Source: Minisyncoccia bacterium
GTDB lineage: Bacteria; Patescibacteriota; Minisyncoccia; Phycocordibacterales; UBA9973
Assembly (NCBI GenBank): GCA_038249055.1
Contig: JBBRWS010000002.1
Span: 78,118 to 142,117, forward strand
Direction of reading: 5' to 3'
DNA: 64,000 bases
Each line of letters starts with the position of its first letter. Within the stretch, counting starts at the first letter, position 1. Under the pieces are notes generated by a model. The model was given only the letters and a program-made list of their open reading frames with translations. It made no database searches and had not been told where the DNA came from. This document shows positions 58,521 through 64,000 of the stretch, in pieces. Made by a program: the position numbers and the translations under genes.

Positions 58521-59105
58521 ATGCATCATATCTATCACATTCATGGATTTATTCTCTCATCTCGTAATACGGGAGAAGCAAATAAAATGCTTACAATTTA
58601 TACTCGTGAGATGGGTCTTGTTCGTGCTATTGCTCAAGGAATAAGATTAAATAAATCAAAACTTAAATTTACCTTGCAAGATTTTTCTTACGCTAAAATT
58701 GATTTAGTAAGAGGCAAAGAAATATGGAGAGTTACTTCAGCTAAACATATTTCTTCTTTTCCTTTGGCTCGCAGCAATTCACAATCTCTTCTTTTGGTTG
58801 CCAGAGTAAATAAATTAATAGAACGTTTATGTGATGGAGAATTTCCTCATAAGGATATTTTTGATGATTTTATACAAGCGTTGTATTTATTGGATGATGA
58901 AAATATTACACCTACATCTCGAGAAGCATTAGAACTCCACCTTGTTCTTCGTCTTATGAATAGCCTCGGTTATATAGGGGACTCAGAGATATTGGCAAAA
59001 TATCTAACTTCTTCTTTTGATTATAGTAATACTGAATCACTTCTAAGAGAGCGCCAGTCTATAATTTCGCATATAAATAAGGCTTTAAATGAAAGTCAAT
59101 TATAA
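58521..59105 (+). CDS. recO: DNA repair protein RecO
   Basis: GEANK..TIYTREMG...AQGIR..KSKL OB-fold. Confidence 0.88.
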   Translation: MHHIYHIHGFILSSRNTGEANKMLTIYTREMGLVRAIAQGIRLNKSKLKFTLQDFSYAKIDLVRGKEIWRVTSAKHISSFPLARSNSQSLLLVARVNKLIERLCDGEFPHKDIFDDFIQALYLLDDENITPTSREALELHLVLRLMNSLGYIGDSEILAKYLTSSFDYSNTESLLRERQSIISHINKALNESQL

Positions 59106-59129
59106 GGTTTTTATGATATAATATAACCT

Positions 59130-61028
59130 ATGCTAGAAGATAATAAAAATAAAATTGAAGATATCAAAAGAAATCTTTATGATCCAAATGATAAATCCAC
59201 AGGCCATCAAAGAGAAGGAATTCTGCATCAGGTAAATCATAAAGTCAAAGAAGAGTGGCAGAGTGATGAGATTAAATCTTCAGATACTATGAATAATAAA
59301 TTTAAAAAACCACCGGTATCTATTTTTAAAAAGTTTTTTTATGTATCAATTATTTTTTTTATAGTGGCACTCGGAATTGCTTTTTATAAATTCTCAAATA
59401 ATGATGTTTCTGTTTCCAGTGAAAAGATTAATATAGAGGTTATTGGTAATGCTTTTACAAAGGGAGGGGAGGAGTTACCATTACAGATTGAAATTACAAA
59501 TAATAATAATGCACTCCTCGAGCTCTCGAATCTAGTTATAGAATATCCAAAAGGAGCAGGAGATAGTGCTACTGATGTTATTCGTTTACCAAAGGATCCT
59601 ATTGGTTCAATAAAACCTGGGGAAAGTATAATAAGAAATATTACTGTTAAACTTTTTGGGGAAGAAAAGTCTATTAGAAATATAAAAATTAGCTTAGAAT
59701 ATCATCCTGAGGGATCAAATGCAATCTTTATAAAAGATAAATTTTATCCCGTTACAATAAGTTTAGCTCCACTTTCTCTTAATATAGAGGCTCCTAAAAG
59801 TACAACTTCAAATCAGCAGATTTCTTTTAAAATTATAGCAACTCTGAATACTTCTTTACCTGATGAAAATCCTGTTTTACAATTAACATATCCGAATAAT
59901 TTTGTATTTGATAGTGCAACACCAATTCCATCTCTTGGAAATTCTATTTGGGATATTTCATCTTTAACCGTTGCCAATCCAATATCAATTGAAGTTAGAG
60001 GGCGTTTAATCGGACAAGATGGGGAGGAACAAGTGTTCCACGCCTACGCTGGTACGACAAGTGGAACAAATCAATCAATAGTAAATGTTATTTATAGTTC
60101 TATTTTACAAAAAATTTCAATAATAAAACCATTCTTAGAAGCAAACATATTAGTTAATGGTCAGGATAAGACTGAATATTCAGTTTCAGGAGGAGAAAGT
60201 GTTAATGCCGAAATAGCTTGGGCAAATAATCTAACGACCAGGATAACAGACGGTCAAATAATTGCTAGTTTGTCAGGTAATGTTTTTGATAAAAGTACAG
60301 TAAATTCATTTAATGGTTTTTATGATTCGGCAAATAATCAAATCATATGGGATAAAAATTCAGTTTCAGAATTAGCAGAAATAAATCCGGGGGAAAGAGG
60401 AACTGTATCATTTAGTTTTAAACCGTTATCATTAATTGGATTATCTTATATTAAAAATCCACAAGTTTCTATTAAAGTTAGTATTCGTGGAAGAGAGCCA
60501 CTTTTAGGTTCTACTTATAATGATATAAATAATTTTTCAGAAAAAATAGTAAAAGTATTATCTGATTTTCAAATTGCTTCATCTGCAACTTATTCTGCAG
60601 GAAGTATGCCTCCAAAAGCAGAGACTGAAACAAAATATATTGTAACTTGGAATCTTTCAAATTCTGCAAATAATATAAGCCAGGCTCAAGCGCGTTCTTC
60701 TTTGCCTATTTATGTAAACTGGGGAGGAATAACGCAAGGAGAAAGTGAAAATATAATTTATAATGAGGTTACTCGTGAGGTTACTTGGAATATAGGAGGA
60801 GTTCGTCCAAACACAGGAATAGATTCAACAAGAGAAGTATCTTTCTTTATTAATTTAAAGCCATCATTATCTCAAGTTGGAAGTGTGCCTCAATTAATGA
60901 AAGAAATTTATTTAACCGGAACAGATTCATTTTCAAATACTACAATTAAGAGTACGCGTGGGCCAATTAATACTGCATTAACTGATGATCCTAATTTTTT
61001 GCCTATTAATGGAAGAGTTGTTCAATAA
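59130..61028 (+). CDS. Large membrane-anchored beta-rich hypothetical protein
   Basis: One TM followed by repeated Ig-like beta segments. Confidence 0.75.
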   Translation: MLEDNKNKIEDIKRNLYDPNDKSTGHQREGILHQVNHKVKEEWQSDEIKSSDTMNNKFKKPPVSIFKKFFYVSIIFFIVALGIAFYKFSNNDVSVSSEKINIEVIGNAFTKGGEELPLQIEITNNNNALLELSNLVIEYPKGAGDSATDVIRLPKDPIGSIKPGESIIRNITVKLFGEEKSIRNIKISLEYHPEGSNAIFIKDKFYPVTISLAPLSLNIEAPKSTTSNQQISFKIIATLNTSLPDENPVLQLTYPNNFVFDSATPIPSLGNSIWDISSLTVANPISIEVRGRLIGQDGEEQVFHAYAGTTSGTNQSIVNVIYSSILQKISIIKPFLEANILVNGQDKTEYSVSGGESVNAEIAWANNLTTRITDGQIIASLSGNVFDKSTVNSFNGFYDSANNQIIWDKNSVSELAEINPGERGTVSFSFKPLSLIGLSYIKNPQVSIKVSIRGREPLLGSTYNDINNFSEKIVKVLSDFQIASSATYSAGSMPPKAETETKYIVTWNLSNSANNISQAQARSSLPIYVNWGGITQGESENIIYNEVTREVTWNIGGVRPNTGIDSTREVSFFINLKPSLSQVGSVPQLMKEIYLTGTDSFSNTTIKSTRGPINTALTDDPNFLPINGRVVQ

Positions 61029-61051
61029 TTATAAATTAATAAAAAAATCAA

Positions 61052-62431
61052 ATGCAAGAAAAAGATGAAAATTTAATGGAGAAAATAATATCACTTTGCA
61101 AAAGAAGAGGGTTTATTTATCCAGGGTCAGAAATATACGGAGGACTTGCAGGAACATATGATTATGGTCCACTCGGATCATTGCTTAAAAAAAATATTGA
61201 AGATTCATGGACAGACTATTTTGTAAAAAGTAGAGAAAATATTTATTTAATAGATACTCCTATTTTAATGCATCCAAAAGTTTGGGAAGCATCAGGTCAT
61301 ACTAGTGAATTTATTGATCCTCTTGTTGATGATCTTGTTACAAAGAAACGTTATAGAGCTGATCATTTACTAGAAGAAAATGGAGTAAATGTTGAGAAAT
61401 TAACCATAGATGAAATGGATAAGAAAATTAAAGAGCTTGGGTTAAAGAGCCCCGACGGAAATCCATTTTCTGATGTCCGTAGATTTAATCTTATGCTTGA
61501 AACAAAAATGGGGGCAGTCGAAGAAACAGCGGTAACTACATTTTTAAGACCGGAAGAAGCTCAAAGTATGTTTATTAATTTCAAAAATGTATTACAATCT
61601 GTATCCCCAAAAGTTCCATTTGGAATAGCTCAGATTGGTAAAGCATTCCGCAATGAAATAACTCCAAGGGATTTTACTTATAGATTGCGCGAATTTGAAA
61701 TAATGGAATTTGAATATTTTATTCACCCATCTTCTCCTTGGGAAGCTTATTTTGATAATTTTTTATTAGAGCAAAAAGATTGGCTTTCAAAAATAGGAGT
61801 TGATACAGCGAAACTACATCCACTTGAACACCCAGAAACAGCTCGAGCACATTACAGTAAAAAGACTGTAGATTTAGAATTTGAATATCCATTTGGAATA
61901 AAAGAACTCACAGGCCTTTCTCATAGAGGTGATTTTGATTTGAAGAGACATCAAGAGTTTTCGGGAGAATCAATGTGGATGTTAGATGATGCAACTGGAG
62001 AAAAATTTATACCTCATGTTATAGAGCCTACTATAAGCGTAGATAGGGCAATGCTTGCTACATTGTGTTCTTGCTATAGAGAAGATGGTGAAGGGGAAAA
62101 TATAAGAGTTTATTTAAAATTCCCTCCATCTGTTGCCCCCTATAAAGCTTGTGTGTCTCCACTTCTAAAAAATAAACCGGAACTAGTTTCTTATGCAAGA
62201 ACAATATTTACTGAATTAAAAAAGGAATTTGGATGGGTAGCATGGGATGATAATGGAAATATCGGTAAACGATACAGAAGACAAGACGAGATAGGAACTC
62301 CTTGGTGTGTTGTTATTGATTTTGATACTTTATCTGATGAATCAGTTACAATTCGTAACCGCGATACAGGATTACAAGAAAGAATAAAGAAAGAAGAAGT
62401 TATTGCTTATATAAACGATAGAATGAATTAA
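61052..62431 (+). CDS. glyQS: Glycine--tRNA ligase (homodimeric type)
   Basis: KRRGF...EIYGG, LRPE, FRNEITPR, VIEP, IGKRYRRQDEIGTP. Confidence 0.96.
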   Translation: MQEKDENLMEKIISLCKRRGFIYPGSEIYGGLAGTYDYGPLGSLLKKNIEDSWTDYFVKSRENIYLIDTPILMHPKVWEASGHTSEFIDPLVDDLVTKKRYRADHLLEENGVNVEKLTIDEMDKKIKELGLKSPDGNPFSDVRRFNLMLETKMGAVEETAVTTFLRPEEAQSMFINFKNVLQSVSPKVPFGIAQIGKAFRNEITPRDFTYRLREFEIMEFEYFIHPSSPWEAYFDNFLLEQKDWLSKIGVDTAKLHPLEHPETARAHYSKKTVDLEFEYPFGIKELTGLSHRGDFDLKRHQEFSGESMWMLDDATGEKFIPHVIEPTISVDRAMLATLCSCYREDGEGENIRVYLKFPPSVAPYKACVSPLLKNKPELVSYARTIFTELKKEFGWVAWDDNGNIGKRYRRQDEIGTPWCVVIDFDTLSDESVTIRNRDTGLQERIKKEEVIAYINDRMN

Positions 62432-62437
62432 AAATAT

Positions 62438-62674
62438 ATGGAAAATTTTAAAAAAGAAAATATTAGAGTAGAAATTAATGAAAAAACAGAAATAAATTCC
62501 GAAATGTCAAAAATCGAACAAAAGATTAGGGATGTTGAAGAATTGGGAGGAAGAATAAGAGAGATGTATAATAATGAAGAAATTTCAAAAGAAGCACAGG
62601 ATTTTTTAATAAAACTTGATCAGATAAAAAATGGTTATTCTATCAAAATGGAAAAATCAAAAAATGGACAATAA
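62438..62674 (+). CDS. Small hypothetical protein
   Basis: 78-aa ORF followed by a hairpin at 62673-62710. Confidence 0.5.
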   Translation: MENFKKENIRVEINEKTEINSEMSKIEQKIRDVEELGGRIREMYNNEEISKEAQDFLIKLDQIKNGYSIKMEKSKNGQ

Positions 62675-62732
62675 CATTTCCCCTTGGATTATACCCAAGG
62701 GGAAATGTTTTAATATATGCTAATATTTAAAT

Positions 62733-63776
62733 ATGGAAAAATTTATTGGTCCAGGTATTAAAAATATAAAAGATGGAGATTTGGATACATTTAAAGAGGA
62801 GCGTATTTTGTCTGGGAAAGAAAAACATCAAGCTGAAATGGAAAAGACCCAAGAAGAAGAGAAAATGCTAACTCAGTTGGTAGGTTTTTTGAATACTGAA
62901 ATGGAGAGTCTTGGTTTGCCTATTTTTAATTTTCCACTTGAAAGATTACATCTATTGCCAAAACATTTTTATTGGCAACCTGGAGGATATACTGTTGGGT
63001 CTTATAATCCAGAAAAACATTCTATACAAACAGAAGTTAGTAGGTTGCGGTTGGATGATTCGGATAAAATAAAAGATAAAATACATAAATTAATACATTT
63101 AGCCCCAATATCTTTTTCCTCAGAAAAAGATAAAGATGCATCTATTCTTTTACATGAATTAATCCATGCAAGTAGTTTTGTAGGTTTCTTTGTAAAAGAA
63201 GATGGTGACATAAAAAACTACAGAAGTGGATATGATTATGGAGGAGTAAAAAAAGAATTAACAAAAAATGGAGATTATTTTAGAGGATTAAATGAGGCAA
63301 TCACTCAAAAAATAACAGAGGAACTTTTTTCTAAAAATATGGAAAAAATATTCAAATCTAAAGAAATTATAAATGCTGAGAAAAAAATATTAGGTTCACC
63401 AACCTATAAAGGTTATATAGATATTTTAAATACTATTATAAAAACTATTTCACAATTTGAATATAAAACTGAAGGTGAAATTTGGAAACGGATAGAGAAG
63501 GGGTATTTTACTGGTGAAATGATGCATTTGCGTAAAATTGAAGAAATATTTGGACCAGGTTCACTTCGTGTTTTGGCTGCTATGAATCCTACTACAATGT
63601 CAAATCTAGTTTTAGAAGATGGATCATTATTCATGAAATATTTTTCTTTTGATATAAATAAAGAAGAAAAGGAAAAAATAGCAGATGAAATTCTTACGGA
63701 TGAAGAAAATATAATAAGAAACAGTCACATAAATATCATTCAAAACTCCGAAAAAAGACGTGATAAATATTTATAA
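62733..63776 (+). CDS. Hypothetical zincin-like protein
   Basis: LLHELIH ... GLNEAITQ motifs. Confidence 0.7.
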   Translation: MEKFIGPGIKNIKDGDLDTFKEERILSGKEKHQAEMEKTQEEEKMLTQLVGFLNTEMESLGLPIFNFPLERLHLLPKHFYWQPGGYTVGSYNPEKHSIQTEVSRLRLDDSDKIKDKIHKLIHLAPISFSSEKDKDASILLHELIHASSFVGFFVKEDGDIKNYRSGYDYGGVKKELTKNGDYFRGLNEAITQKITEELFSKNMEKIFKSKEIINAEKKILGSPTYKGYIDILNTIIKTISQFEYKTEGEIWKRIEKGYFTGEMMHLRKIEEIFGPGSLRVLAAMNPTTMSNLVLEDGSLFMKYFSFDINKEEKEKIADEILTDEENIIRNSHINIIQNSEKRRDKYL

Positions 63777-63828
63777 ATTAATTTTTTGTCAATTATTTAT
63801 TACTCTCAAAATATGATAGAATCACCTT

Positions 63829-64000
63829 ATGCAAAAAGCAAAAAAGAAGATATATAAAAATGGTTTAAGAGTTATAACTATTCCGATGAAAGAAAACCCT
63901 ACAGTAACTGTGCTTGTTCTAGTGGGGACGGGTAGTAACTATGAAAAAAAGGAGATAAATGGTATTTCGCATTTTCTAGAACATATGTGTTTTAAAGGGA
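63829..64000 (+). CDS. M16 family (pitrilysin-like) peptidase, 3'-partial
   Basis: NGLRV...GS..E...GISHFLEHMCFKG inverted zinc motif. Confidence 0.9.
   Translation, partial: MQKAKKKIYKNGLRVITIPMKENPTVTVLVLVGTGSNYEKKEINGISHFLEHMCFKG

Noticed and set aside
7555-63634. Short alternative-frame or antisense ORFs inside well-supported genes (e.g. 7555, 9452, 13670, 32131, 34254, 41886, 53403, 58000, 63002)
   Set aside because: These are shadow ORFs overlapping confident CDSs, with no motifs or start signals.
1-64000. Alternative genetic code (UGA=Gly), prophage or intact IS/integrase
   Set aside because: RF2 is present, genes are intact under code 11 and some end in TGA; no phage structural, transposase or integrase ORF was recognised.

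Overview
This is an AT-rich bacterial chromosome segment in genetic code 11 (RF2 present, TGA used as stop). Gene content and style, including largely SD-less, leaderless -10/ATG starts, point to a Patescibacteria/Parcubacteria (CPR) genome; that assignment is inference. Housekeeping genes: ligA 3' end, gatCA, prfB, ftsEX, pyrG, dgt, purN, pyrD, folA, a thyA-like gene, glyA, dut, argS, ileS with a T-box, recO and glyQS. There are also six tRNAs and two ECF sigma/anti-sigma modules. Main unexplained signals: (1) a thymidylate-synthase homologue with Asp at the dUMP-selecting Asn position, clustered with DHFR, a dCMP-type deaminase, SHMT, two MazG-like proteins, DUF1599 and dUTPase, which suggests a dCMP-methylating route; (2) an ~8 kb array of small accessory genes downstream of tRNA-Gln, punctuated by at least 7-9 ungapped 28-bp repeats that end in the tRNA 3' CAGCA and read antisense as a conserved peptide tail, with no integrase in the window; (3) structured trailer elements behind tRNA-Asp and tRNA-Gln carrying inverted and direct copies of their own tRNA's 3' end; (4) three ~115-bp hairpin elements (CCCGTTAGA...TCTAACGGG) sitting exactly between a duplicated start codon; (5) a GIY-YIG gene bracketed by tRNA-Asp 5'-end copies. 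All calls are by eye, without database searches.
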